DNA from: Candidatus Nomurabacteria bacterium | GTDB taxonomy: Bacteria; Patescibacteriota; Saccharimonadia; Saccharimonadales; JAGQNJ01 | DNA: 64,000 bases | NCBI GenBank assembly: GCA_023898625.1 | Contig: CP060231.1 | Span: 545,890-609,889 of the forward strand | Direction: 5' to 3' | Shown: positions 17,362 to 25,291 of the stretch, one piece after another | How the letters are laid out: each line of letters begins with the position of its first letter | Numbering within the stretch: position 1 is the first letter of the stretch | Made by a program: the position numbers and the translations under genes | The notes under the pieces: model-generated | Seen by the model: only the letters and a program-made list of their open reading frames with translations | The model's database searches: none | Told to the model about the DNA's origin: nothing

Positions 17362-18828
17362 ATGGACAGCCAAACCGTAACTCAAACCATCAATCTCCTG
17401 GTTGGACCCGGTGTACCTAACACTGGTCTTGGTCCTACTCAATCATCGCCACTCCTCCCACTGGCCATCGGTACAACCCTAACCCTCCTGATTGCATGTT
17501 TGCTCACCTGGTATTTCCTTGTCCATCGCTCTCGTAATTCACATAACTCCCATTCTCATTCAATCTCTAAGCTACCAAAACTTAGCTCTCGTAGCTTCAG
17601 TATCCTTGTCCTGCTTGCCCTGACTGCAGCGCTCCTCGCTACCAATCTCCCAATTGTCTCTGCAGCTCCCACTCTCTCCCTCGGTACAGACCAAGGCACC
17701 ATTCAAGTCACTGTTCCTCAGGGTGGTGGTACCACTACGGCTACCACAACCCTCACCAGTGGCACCGCCAACGCTCACGGCTATACCTTGACCGCCAGTC
17801 TGACTGAACCAGAACCAGGTATTGGCATCAAGCTCACAGGTGGAGACATCACCACCAGTACCACTCTCAACCCAGGCGGTAACCCCCTGACTCTCAAAAC
17901 TACCAGTGTAGCCTCATCGGGTGACGCCACAGATGTAACCCTAACCTTCAATATAGATAGTACTGTCGTATCCGGGAAGAAAGAACTCAAGCTCAACTAT
18001 GCCGTAGCAGACAATGAGTCTACAACACCACCAGCTGCCACTCTCCAAAGCTTCACCACAAGCCAATGTAGTGCTCTACCTACCTACACTGGCAGCAATG
18101 AAGAAGCTGTCATAACCCTAACTGACACCAGAGGAGACAACCAAGAATACCAAGTAGCCAAACTAGCTGATGGCAACTGCTGGATGCTCAATAACCTCAA
18201 GCTTGGTAGTACCACAAGCACCATAACCCTCACACCAAGTGATACCAACATAGCTAGTAACTTTACGTTACCACAACTGACCACCGCCGGCACGGCCGAC
18301 TACGATAATCCTGGAGCTTACGGCCCAATCCCTGGTGACACGGGAGCAGGACAGACTAACTACGGCTACCTCTACAACTGGAGTGCGGCTACAGCCGGTG
18401 AATCCCGAACCTCCCACACCGAAACTGATGGTGATGCACCGTACTCCATCTGCCCTAGCGGTTGGAGACTACCAACCGTTGGCTTCACCGAAGAATACGA
18501 TGAGATAGAAGACGAGTATAGCTACATTGCTTCTGGCGACTACTCTAACCTCGACATTTCCTTTGGTGGTACTGGCCAATACGCTGATAGCGGTGCCAAC
18601 ATTGCCAAGTGGCAACATGACGGTCCCTTTAGAGGGGTTCTTGCTGGCTACTGGGGCGAGGGCTTCGGCGACCAGGGTGGCAGCGGCTACCTGTGGTCTC
18701 GGTCAGCCAACTCGGACTATGTCGACCTCGCAGGCGGCGCGGGCTTCCATGCTGGCGAAGTTTATCCGGGCGGCTACGCTCCTCGGGGCTACGGGTTAGC
18801 TGTGCGCTGTCTCTTACAGCAGCCTTAA
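17362..18828 (+). CDS. DGR target protein: secreted/membrane-anchored, T/S-rich stalk, C-terminal lectin-fold (FISUMP/TIGR02145-like) domain carrying the VR
   Basis: CWMLNNLKLG..YGYLYNWSAA..ICPSGWRLPT..LWSRSAN..GLAVRCL pattern. The last about 60 codons are the variable repeat. Confidence 0.85.
   Translation: MDSQTVTQTINLLVGPGVPNTGLGPTQSSPLLPLAIGTTLTLLIACLLTWYFLVHRSRNSHNSHSHSISKLPKLSSRSFSILVLLALTAALLATNLPIVSAAPTLSLGTDQGTIQVTVPQGGGTTTATTTLTSGTANAHGYTLTASLTEPEPGIGIKLTGGDITTSTTLNPGGNPLTLKTTSVASSGDATDVTLTFNIDSTVVSGKKELKLNYAVADNESTTPPAATLQSFTTSQCSALPTYTGSNEEAVITLTDTRGDNQEYQVAKLADGNCWMLNNLKLGSTTSTITLTPSDTNIASNFTLPQLTTAGTADYDNPGAYGPIPGDTGAGQTNYGYLYNWSAATAGESRTSHTETDGDAPYSICPSGWRLPTVGFTEEYDEIEDEYSYIASGDYSNLDISFGGTGQYADSGANIAKWQHDGPFRGVLAGYWGEGFGDQGGSGYLWSRSANSDYVDLAGGAGFHAGEVYPGGYAPRGYGLAVRCLLQQP
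18634..18817 (+). repeat. DGR variable repeat (VR) including 3' invariant IMH-like GC-rich end
   Basis: 184-bp alignment to 20264-20447 at a constant offset of 1630. There are 22 mismatches and every one falls on an adenine of the 20264 copy. The 3' end acgggttagctgtgcgctg is identical in both copies. Confidence 0.9.
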
Positions 18829-18835
18829 GGCTGCT
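18818..18835 (+). promoter_or_regulatory. hairpin immediately 3' of VR (AGCAGCC-TTAA-GGCTGCT), stop codon in loop
   Basis: 7-bp perfect stem. Absent after the TR copy. Its position matches the hairpin/cruciform element known downstream of VR in characterised DGRs. Confidence 0.5.
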
Positions 18836-18863
18836 CTGGGGTGCCCACAAAGCGAGGCCTGGC

Positions 18864-18887
18864 GGTTAGGGGTGGTCACCCCTAACC
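18864..18887 (+). terminator. GC-rich hairpin GGTTAGGGGT-ggtc-ACCCCTAACC (no U-tract)
   Basis: 10-bp perfect stem between the target gene and the RT gene. Confidence 0.45.
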
Positions 18888-18930
18888 CCGCCGAGTCGAC
18901 TGGGTATCCCAGCAAAAAATAGAAATCACC

Positions 18931-20031
18931 ATGCCTACCAATAGCTTGAACGACAGAAATACGCGTCTTGACTGGCTCACCAGGGAGCTAAAAAAGGCCT
19001 ACGTTGATGCCCGACGCGGTAAAACAAAAAAGTCAGAAGTGGAAAAGTTCGACAAAATTGCTAAATCAGAACTGGCGGCACTGGCGCACGAAATACATAC
19101 GCGTACCTATACACCACGACCGTCAACCGCGTTCATCGTGAATAAACCCATCCAGCGGGAGATATTTGCAGCTGCCTTTCGTGATCGGGTAGTGCATCAC
19201 TTTTTGTTCAACCAAGTAAGTAGTTGGTGGGATGCCCGGTTCATTGAAGATAACTACAGCTGCCGGCTCGGCAAGGGTACACTGTATGGTATTCGTCGGC
19301 TTGACCACCACATTCGTTCAGTCAGTCGTAACTACACTCGTCCAGCCTACATACTAAAGCTTGATTTTCAGGGCTACTTCATGAGCTTAGAGCGTAGAAA
19401 GCTCTACGTGCGAGCCATGTGGGGACTGGATCGACAATTTCCGAGTAAAGGCTATGTATACCAATTGTGTAGGTTTTTGTGGAAGGTCATCATATTTAAC
19501 GACCCACTGAAAGAGGCAATATTCAACTGTCCCCGTAGTGCCTGGAAAGGTCTGCCGCCCAGCAAGAGTTTGTTCCACCAGCCCAAAGGCCGTGGTATTG
19601 CGATTGGTAATCTAACCTCACAACTACTGAGTAATATCTATCTTGACCAACTAGATCGATTTGTAACACTGGAATTAGGCTTCAAACACTATGGACGCTA
19701 CGTCGATGACTTCTATATCGTCTCTAATGATAAAAATGAACTGGTTGAAGCCACCAGGACAATAGAGCGCTATGTAGAAGATCAGCTAGCACTAAAACTA
19801 CACCCACACAAGCGACACCTGCAGGAATGTCATAGAGGTGTGGCCTTCCTTGGGGCGGTTGTTTACCCATTTCGCTTGCAGTCAGGTAAACGCCTAAAAC
19901 GTAACTTACTGGCGGCACTGTCGAACCCGGATTGCTCAAAAGAAACCGAAGCATCGTATCGGGGGCTGGTGAAGCATTACAAACATAAGAAACTTCTTGG
20001 TGGTTTAAAACTTCGGGGGGGGGTACAATAA
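18931..20031 (+). CDS. DGR reverse transcriptase
   Basis: 366 aa. RT motifs include IGNLTSQLLSNIYL (the DGR-typical [I/L]GxxxSQ) and the catalytic GRYVDDFYIV. Sits between the VR and the TR. Confidence 0.9.
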   Translation: MPTNSLNDRNTRLDWLTRELKKAYVDARRGKTKKSEVEKFDKIAKSELAALAHEIHTRTYTPRPSTAFIVNKPIQREIFAAAFRDRVVHHFLFNQVSSWWDARFIEDNYSCRLGKGTLYGIRRLDHHIRSVSRNYTRPAYILKLDFQGYFMSLERRKLYVRAMWGLDRQFPSKGYVYQLCRFLWKVIIFNDPLKEAIFNCPRSAWKGLPPSKSLFHQPKGRGIAIGNLTSQLLSNIYLDQLDRFVTLELGFKHYGRYVDDFYIVSNDKNELVEATRTIERYVEDQLALKLHPHKRHLQECHRGVAFLGAVVYPFRLQSGKRLKRNLLAALSNPDCSKETEASYRGLVKHYKHKKLLGGLKLRGGVQ

Positions 20032-20263
20032 CAGTATGCTTTGCTTGGTGGCAACCGGGTAATGCTTGGTGGCAACTATTGCTTGTTACCCAGCGAGTAG
20101 CCAGGCAGATAAGCATATGTAAGAGACAATACTCACTAGTCTTGATGTGATGAAGACTAGTTCTGTGGGAGTAGTGCCACCAAGACTTGCTTGTGCTTGG
20201 TACGCTGAGTGCAGGATAATGAGTAGTATTGCAAAAACGGTTGTGCCGCAGTGGCGCGCGTTT

Positions 20264-20447
20264 GGAGTTCTTGCTGGCAACTGGGACGAGGGCTTCGACG
20301 ACCAGGGTGACAACGGCAACCTGTGGTCTCGGTCAGCCAACTCGGACAATGTCGACAACGCAGACAACGCGAACTTCAATGCTGGCGAAGTTAATCCGGG
20401 CAACAACGCTCCTCGGGGCAACGGGTTAGCTGTGCGCTGACTCTTAC
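20264..20447 (+). repeat. DGR template repeat (TR)
   Basis: AAC/AAT/GAC-rich copy of the VR. Track ORFs 20147..20440 and 20229..20429 are artefacts of it. The repeated tgcttggtggcaac motif and the ACTAGTCTT/AAGACTAGT hairpin lie just upstream (20040-20165). Confidence 0.9.
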
Positions 20448-20477
20448 GGTATATTTTTGTGGTAGCCCTATGACTTG

Positions 20478-22508
20478 CTACACCTCAATCGGCTCATCTT
20501 CCGAGTCACTATCTTTAACGTCTTGTGTTTCATGAGACTCGGTCTTATCTGCTTTTTTCTTTTTCGTTCCATCTTCGTATTCATACGCATACAAATCCCG
20601 TGAAGACTCTATAACTTTCTGAGCAATAGCCTTATCTCCCTCGTCTTCCAAAAGTATCGTCTCCCCAGACATCGGTTCTTGGGACCGTATAGCACTTAGC
20701 CGTGCATAGAAGTTGTAACTTGGTAGGTTGGCTATCTCGCCTTCATCAATAAATGGTTTAAACAACGGCAATACTAGTTGTTCATCCACCGGGCTACCAG
20801 TCCTAAAGCTAATAACTGTACCGACGTTTGCCAGGATTATCTGTACGAGTCTTTGTTCGTCTTGTTGGGCTGTAGATTGCTCAGCCATAGTCAGGAACAG
20901 CTTGTACTTCCGAGCTTCAGATAGCATCTGGACAAACGGCATGGTCGCAAAGTTCTGGAACTCATCAACGTAGAGGTAGAATGGCTCACGCTCATCTTGA
21001 GCAAGTCGAGAACGCCTCAATGCAGCTAATTGAAGCTTAGCCAGCACCGCAGTGCCGAATAGTTCCGAAGTATCCTCGCCTAGATTCCCCTTACTAAAGT
21101 TACAGATCAGGATCTTGCCCGAAGACAAGATATCATCAAAGTCGATGGTTGATTTTGGTCGGCCCATAACTCGTTTGGTGCTTGGCGAAAACTCAAAGCG
21201 TCCAATCTTACTGGTCACGCCATGGCTCATCTTAACTCGTTGCATGGCACCAGCCTTGCCAAGTTCGTTCTGCCAGAAGTTCTTTAAGGTTCCGGCTGGC
21301 AAGGCATTCGTTATCTTCTTTCGGTAGGTATCGTTAGTGAGCAGTTCAAAGATAGTAAAAATAGTCGGACTATCAGTTGTTAGAGCAGTTTGAATCGCAT
21401 TTCTAAGCACATATTCAATTCTATGGCCACCCGAGTCATCATCAGAGAAAATTTTACGTAGTACCGAGATAACTGATTCAGTGACTCGATCTTTTTCTCG
21501 CTCTAAGGCACTGCCAGTCAGTCCGTCAGGTATTTCTAGCAGGTTCATAGCCAGTGGATGGTCGATATCGTCAGGGTTAAAGTAGATGACGTCTTTAATG
21601 CGATCTTTCGGAATATATTTCAGTAGCGTCAGTGCCATATCCCCATGTGGGTCAATCACAGCCAGGCCTTTACCGTCCCTAATATCTTGAACGATACCGT
21701 ACTGGAGCATGGTGGTTTTACCGTTTCCGGTTCCGCCGATGATATAAACATGGCGTTCGCGTTCAGCTTCGGCGAGGCCTATTAAGGTTTCACTGCCAAG
21801 ATGACTGTTCTTGCCTAAGGTCACATCAAGATATTTAGCACTCTTAAGTGAAGTTGGGGCTGGCAGGGTTTTACTGAGTGACTTTGAGACGTTTTCTGTT
21901 CGAGCAGACGAACTATGAGGAAAATGGTACATGCTGCTTAGTTCAGTTGAGCTTAAAACATTACTATTTCTATGAATCAGTGACGGCAAGCGGTGATCTA
22001 GCACCCATATCCGATGTCGTACACCAAGCCATGGTATCCAGACCACGGTAGTTCGTAGTCTTTGCCAAGTTGGCGTAGCATAGGTAGCCATCGAGTTCGC
22101 CAGTGATTGGGCTCTAGATTTAGCTCGAGCTTTGTCTGTAGTTATGATCTGAGTCCGTATATCGACGTAAAAGAGATCTTGAGTGAGCTTGTCATGCATT
22201 CGGTCCAAAAGCTCTTGTTCGGCCGGAGGTATATGTGTATTAGTCGGTAAATTGTTAGTGGCCTTAGAACTAGCCGGTATATCGTGATAGAGAAAACCAT
22301 AGATCATACTCCAGACAATGACGAATGGTAGTTTTAGAATGGCAAAGATAATCCGAAAGATGCTTTTATGGCCAAACTTTTTCTCAAGGCTTGATCCAGA
22401 CCAATAGCCCTGGCGTATCTTACGATCAATCGCAAAGGCTTCAGAGATAACGGCCGGCGTAACGACGAGTTGCAAGCTAACTTGTTCATTATCTTCTAGT
22501 TTTGTCAT
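20478..22508 (-). CDS. VirD4/TraD-like type IV coupling protein-type ATPase (C-terminal major part)
   Basis: 676 aa. N-terminal TM segment, Walker A IIGGTGNGKTT, Walker B FYLYVDEFQNF, C-terminal ILANVGTVISFRTG. Start overlaps the upstream ORF stop (ATGA). Confidence 0.75.
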   Translation of the reverse strand: MTKLEDNEQVSLQLVVTPAVISEAFAIDRKIRQGYWSGSSLEKKFGHKSIFRIIFAILKLPFVIVWSMIYGFLYHDIPASSKATNNLPTNTHIPPAEQELLDRMHDKLTQDLFYVDIRTQIITTDKARAKSRAQSLANSMATYATPTWQRLRTTVVWIPWLGVRHRIWVLDHRLPSLIHRNSNVLSSTELSSMYHFPHSSSARTENVSKSLSKTLPAPTSLKSAKYLDVTLGKNSHLGSETLIGLAEAERERHVYIIGGTGNGKTTMLQYGIVQDIRDGKGLAVIDPHGDMALTLLKYIPKDRIKDVIYFNPDDIDHPLAMNLLEIPDGLTGSALEREKDRVTESVISVLRKIFSDDDSGGHRIEYVLRNAIQTALTTDSPTIFTIFELLTNDTYRKKITNALPAGTLKNFWQNELGKAGAMQRVKMSHGVTSKIGRFEFSPSTKRVMGRPKSTIDFDDILSSGKILICNFSKGNLGEDTSELFGTAVLAKLQLAALRRSRLAQDEREPFYLYVDEFQNFATMPFVQMLSEARKYKLFLTMAEQSTAQQDEQRLVQIILANVGTVISFRTGSPVDEQLVLPLFKPFIDEGEIANLPSYNFYARLSAIRSQEPMSGETILLEDEGDKAIAQKVIESSRDLYAYEYEDGTKKKKADKTESHETQDVKDSDSEDEPIEV

Positions 22509-23083
22509 CGAGCTCTTAAATAAGCCACCGGGTCGTGCTCATGCAGTGACTTTGAGGTATCCAGTGGCATGGCGTAATGTTCAGTCTGCTTGTAGGTTTG
22601 CAGAGCCGTAAATCCTTTGGTTTCACGACTATCTTTAACAACCCGAACTTTTACATCGGGACTGTAGGCAGCTACTGCCTGGCGGATAAGCTCTTCGTTT
22701 GTCTTACTTGACCGAATGAGGTACCGAATGCCTTTGTCTTTGGTTGATACTATCTCCAGAGAAAATGATTGTACATAGCGTAAAATTGCGTCCTTGAAAC
22801 TGCGTGATTTAAGCAGACCATGCAGTACTGAGAATAGCTGAGTGGTAGCCAGCGGAGCTTTGTTGCTAAAAGCCGGTGGTGTTAGCTCAAGCAAGACTGC
22901 TTCCTGGTTGTACTTTCGGTAGTAATTGTAGAGTCTGAGGATAAGGCCAATAACGAAAGCCAGAATAGTGATTGATGCAACAAGGAGTCCTAACCACGGT
23001 AAAATGGTTTGTAGTCTTTCAACTATCTGCCCACCAGAATTATCAGTCATGGTCAGCTCCTGTAGTTTCCAATCTGATTGCAT
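22505..23083 (-). CDS. membrane protein, probable N-terminal module of the coupling-protein ATPase
   Basis: 192 aa with one TM (ILPWLGLLVASITILAFVIGLIL). LLELTPPAF..QLFSVLHGL..FSLEIV resembles the N-terminal domain of long CPR/archaeal T4CP-like ATPases (recalled). Confidence 0.6.
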   Translation of the reverse strand: MQSDWKLQELTMTDNSGGQIVERLQTILPWLGLLVASITILAFVIGLILRLYNYYRKYNQEAVLLELTPPAFSNKAPLATTQLFSVLHGLLKSRSFKDAILRYVQSFSLEIVSTKDKGIRYLIRSSKTNEELIRQAVAAYSPDVKVRVVKDSRETKGFTALQTYKQTEHYAMPLDTSKSLHEHDPVAYLRAR

Positions 23084-23147
23084 AAAGAGTAACAGAGGTG
23101 GCCTAAGGAGGCAATACGTAAATGTAATTGAAGGGGATACGAAAAAC

Positions 23148-24022
23148 GGTTTAGTGAACGAACAAGGAACAACCCGCTAAAGTAAGTAGTGTCAAAACTA
23201 TTTAACTAAAGAAAGGGTTGTTCCAATGAACAGTCTAGCAGGACTGCCACGAGAGTGGCAGTGCCACAAACAAATATTTAAAATGGTCTACGGAACTACT
23301 TGTTGTCCCTCGTGTAACAACAGATTGCTGTTTCGACCTAGTTATGCCTGGTGTAGACTTTGTCGAACTAAGCACTCAGTGAAGTCTGTAACCTGGCTGA
23401 GGCAATCTAATCTGCCGTTCCAGAGTATCTGGCTACTCCTGTGGTGTTGGCAAAAGCAGAAGAGTACAGGTACTACTGTAGATATCTCAGGTGTTAGCTA
23501 CCCAACCGTCCGACGCTGGTTTAGAAGATTCCGGGAACAAATTCCAGCCAGTACTCTCCAGCTGTCTGGTATTGTCGAAGTAGATGAGAGTTTCTTTGGC
23601 AGACAGAAGTTTGGTAGCCAGACAATTGTCGTGGGTGCCATTGAGCGAGATACCAGACGAGTACGTCTCCAGGTTATTCCAGACAGAGCCCAAGACAGTT
23701 TAGAAATGTTTCTTAGCACTACAGTGAACCGTGGCTCACATATTACGACAGATGCTCACAGTGGCTACAACGACCTAGAGTTCTACGGTTTCTCCCACGA
23801 AAGATGCAACCACAGTAACGGACACTTTGGTCCAACCAACATGATTGAGAACTTCTGGGGTGTACTGAAGAGATCTCTCAGAAGACTATATGGCAAGCTA
23901 ACGCTTGCTGACTTACCAAATATATTAAAAGAGTGGGAACAAAGACAAAACCAACCAGAAATGTTTTACACTGTAACTAACTACTTACAAGCTACGCTTG
24001 TTCTGAGTTAGTTCTGTGAACC
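23148..24022 (+). mobile_element. IS1595-family insertion sequence, copy 2 (875 bp)
   Basis: IRs are GGTTTAGTGAAC (23148-23159) and the reverse complement of 24011-24022, GGTTCACAGAAC. Flanks are ACGAAAAAC (left) and ACGAAAAC (right), a near-perfect TSD differing by one A. Internal leader taaagtaagtagtgtcaa is shared with copy 1. Confidence 0.85.
23226..24011 (+). CDS. IS1595-family (ISXO2-like) DDE transposase
   Basis: 261 aa, colinear with 8729..9511. Most residues are identical by eye. Confidence 0.9.
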   Translation: MNSLAGLPREWQCHKQIFKMVYGTTCCPSCNNRLLFRPSYAWCRLCRTKHSVKSVTWLRQSNLPFQSIWLLLWCWQKQKSTGTTVDISGVSYPTVRRWFRRFREQIPASTLQLSGIVEVDESFFGRQKFGSQTIVVGAIERDTRRVRLQVIPDRAQDSLEMFLSTTVNRGSHITTDAHSGYNDLEFYGFSHERCNHSNGHFGPTNMIENFWGVLKRSLRRLYGKLTLADLPNILKEWEQRQNQPEMFYTVTNYLQATLVLS

Positions 24023-24035
24023 ACGAAAACAGGTA

Positions 24036-24065
24036 TTGACATAAGCGCAATGCTTATGCTAGAAT
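24036..24065 (+). promoter_or_regulatory. sigma70-like promoter (TTGACA - 17 nt - TGcTAGAAT)
   Basis: TTGACA at 24036-24041 and TAGAAT at 24060-24065, preceded by tgc. Only a hairpin-terminator follows. Confidence 0.4.
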
Positions 24066-24081
24066 AACAGTGGTAGTAATT

Positions 24082-24133
24082 CCTCTGTTGTGGGGCTCCG
24101 TATGGTTCCTCGTAAATAGCAACAGAGGTTTTC
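24082..24133 (+). terminator. hairpin CCTCTGTTG..(29 nt)..CAACAGAGG + ttttcc
   Basis: 9-bp perfect stem (24082-24090 and 24120-24128), then a T-run on the plus strand. Confidence 0.5.
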
Positions 24134-24138
24134 CATTT

Positions 24139-24783
24139 CTATGGAAACAGCGAGTTCTCTTCTACAACCCTTTCTTTCAGTATTTCGGCATATGATGCAT
24201 CATCGTGTTCATATTTTCTAAAGAAACTCCATACGACACAATCAACGACCTGTAGTCCTTTTTCTTGTGCAGGTGTTTTAATATCGATATGAATATCTAG
24301 TTTGTGATTATCTTTTGTTTGCTTCTTTAGATAGGCTGCAAAGTTCTCATTGAGAAACCTGTTTGTTTCCCGTTTTGAGGCCACGAAACAAATCTCATGA
24401 TCAAGAGGAACCAACTTTTTGCTTATCATACGATCGAGTAGTATGTTGACGACATAGTTATAGAGCACGTGCTTTTCGTCTTGCAAGCGGGTATAAACTT
24501 TCTGCTTATTAAGGCGGATTGTCAGTATATGTACATCTTTTTCGGCCAAATTACGCAAAAGACGTATACGGGTCACTGGCTTTTCCTTATACGCGTGCAA
24601 CGTACCAGGATGTCCTTTGAGTTCCTTCTTGGAAAATCCCTTGTATAGTTTCTTGACAATTTTATCTATGGGTTTTTTGTCGTGAGTAAAGACAAAACTT
24701 ACGACAAAGTGTTTACTTGTCTTTGATTTAGTGAAATCAAAACCTAAATCTCCGCTTTCATCCATGTAGATATAGCTGCGCAT
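24139..24783 (-). CDS. DUF3800-family protein
   Basis: Track ORF 24139..24879; the likely start is M33 (24783). MRSYIYMDESGDLGFDF.. is the typical DUF3800 N-terminus (recalled). Confidence 0.7.
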   Translation of the reverse strand: MRSYIYMDESGDLGFDFTKSKTSKHFVVSFVFTHDKKPIDKIVKKLYKGFSKKELKGHPGTLHAYKEKPVTRIRLLRNLAEKDVHILTIRLNKQKVYTRLQDEKHVLYNYVVNILLDRMISKKLVPLDHEICFVASKRETNRFLNENFAAYLKKQTKDNHKLDIHIDIKTPAQEKGLQVVDCVVWSFFRKYEHDDASYAEILKERVVEENSLFP

Positions 24784-24881
24784 GTATCTATTATATATCG
24801 TATATAGCAATAGTCCATCTCTGTTCATAAAGTATCTGCAGATCAAAAGATAAATGATACGCTTTGTAACCAGGGCCACCC

Positions 24882-24993
24882 GTTACATGTAACCAAAAAA
24901 CAAATTCTAATCTGTTATTTATATAAATATTTCGTGAAACATGTAACCATTTGCACTATGCTTATGTAACAAGGCATAGAAAATTATGTAACC
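24882..24993. promoter_or_regulatory. operator-like repeats: palindrome GTTACATGTAAC plus three more (A/T)ATGTAAC(C) copies
   Basis: GTTACATGTAAC at 24882-24893, acatgtaacc at 24939-24948, tatgtaac at 24963-24970, tatgtaacc at 24985-24993. All lie in the divergent region between the DUF3800 and HTH genes. Confidence 0.4.
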
Positions 24994-25073
24994 AAACTGA
25001 TGACCGAAACTAGATATACTACACAATATATGATACAGTTTGTATACGATATTTTTAATAAGTCTACAGGAAC

Positions 25074-25289
25074 ATGAACGAAGTTAAACTGAGAAAAGCA
25101 ATTGGGACTAATCTGCAAAAAGCTCGCAAGGCAAGGCGTTACACTCAGCGGGAGATTGCTGAAAAAGTAGGATTGTCTACTAATTACTACGCAACCTTGG
25201 AACAGGGGGCTGCTATTGCATCGGTCGAAACACTGTATGAAATATTTACCGTCTTAGGCGTTAAAGCATCGGATGTCTTTCCAAATTAG
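25074..25289 (+). CDS. XRE-family helix-turn-helix regulator
   Basis: 71 aa. YTQREIAEKVGLSTNYYATLEQG is a classic HTH_3 pattern. About half the residues are identical to 38330..38530. Confidence 0.8.
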   Translation: MNEVKLRKAIGTNLQKARKARRYTQREIAEKVGLSTNYYATLEQGAAIASVETLYEIFTVLGVKASDVFPN

Positions 25290-25291
25290 TT

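Noticed and set aside
20147-20440. ORFs 20147..20440 (97 aa) and 20229..20429 over the template repeat
   Set aside because: They exist only because the TR copies the reading frame of the VR. The region is best explained as the noncoding DGR template RNA. There is no SD site, and the Asn/Asp-rich product is the TR signature.
8714-24022. Composite transposon formed by the two IS1595 copies
   Set aside because: Each copy carries its own flanking target-site duplication (GATAAGTA; ACGAAAA(A)C), which indicates independent simple insertions. The outer flanks of the pair do not share a TSD.
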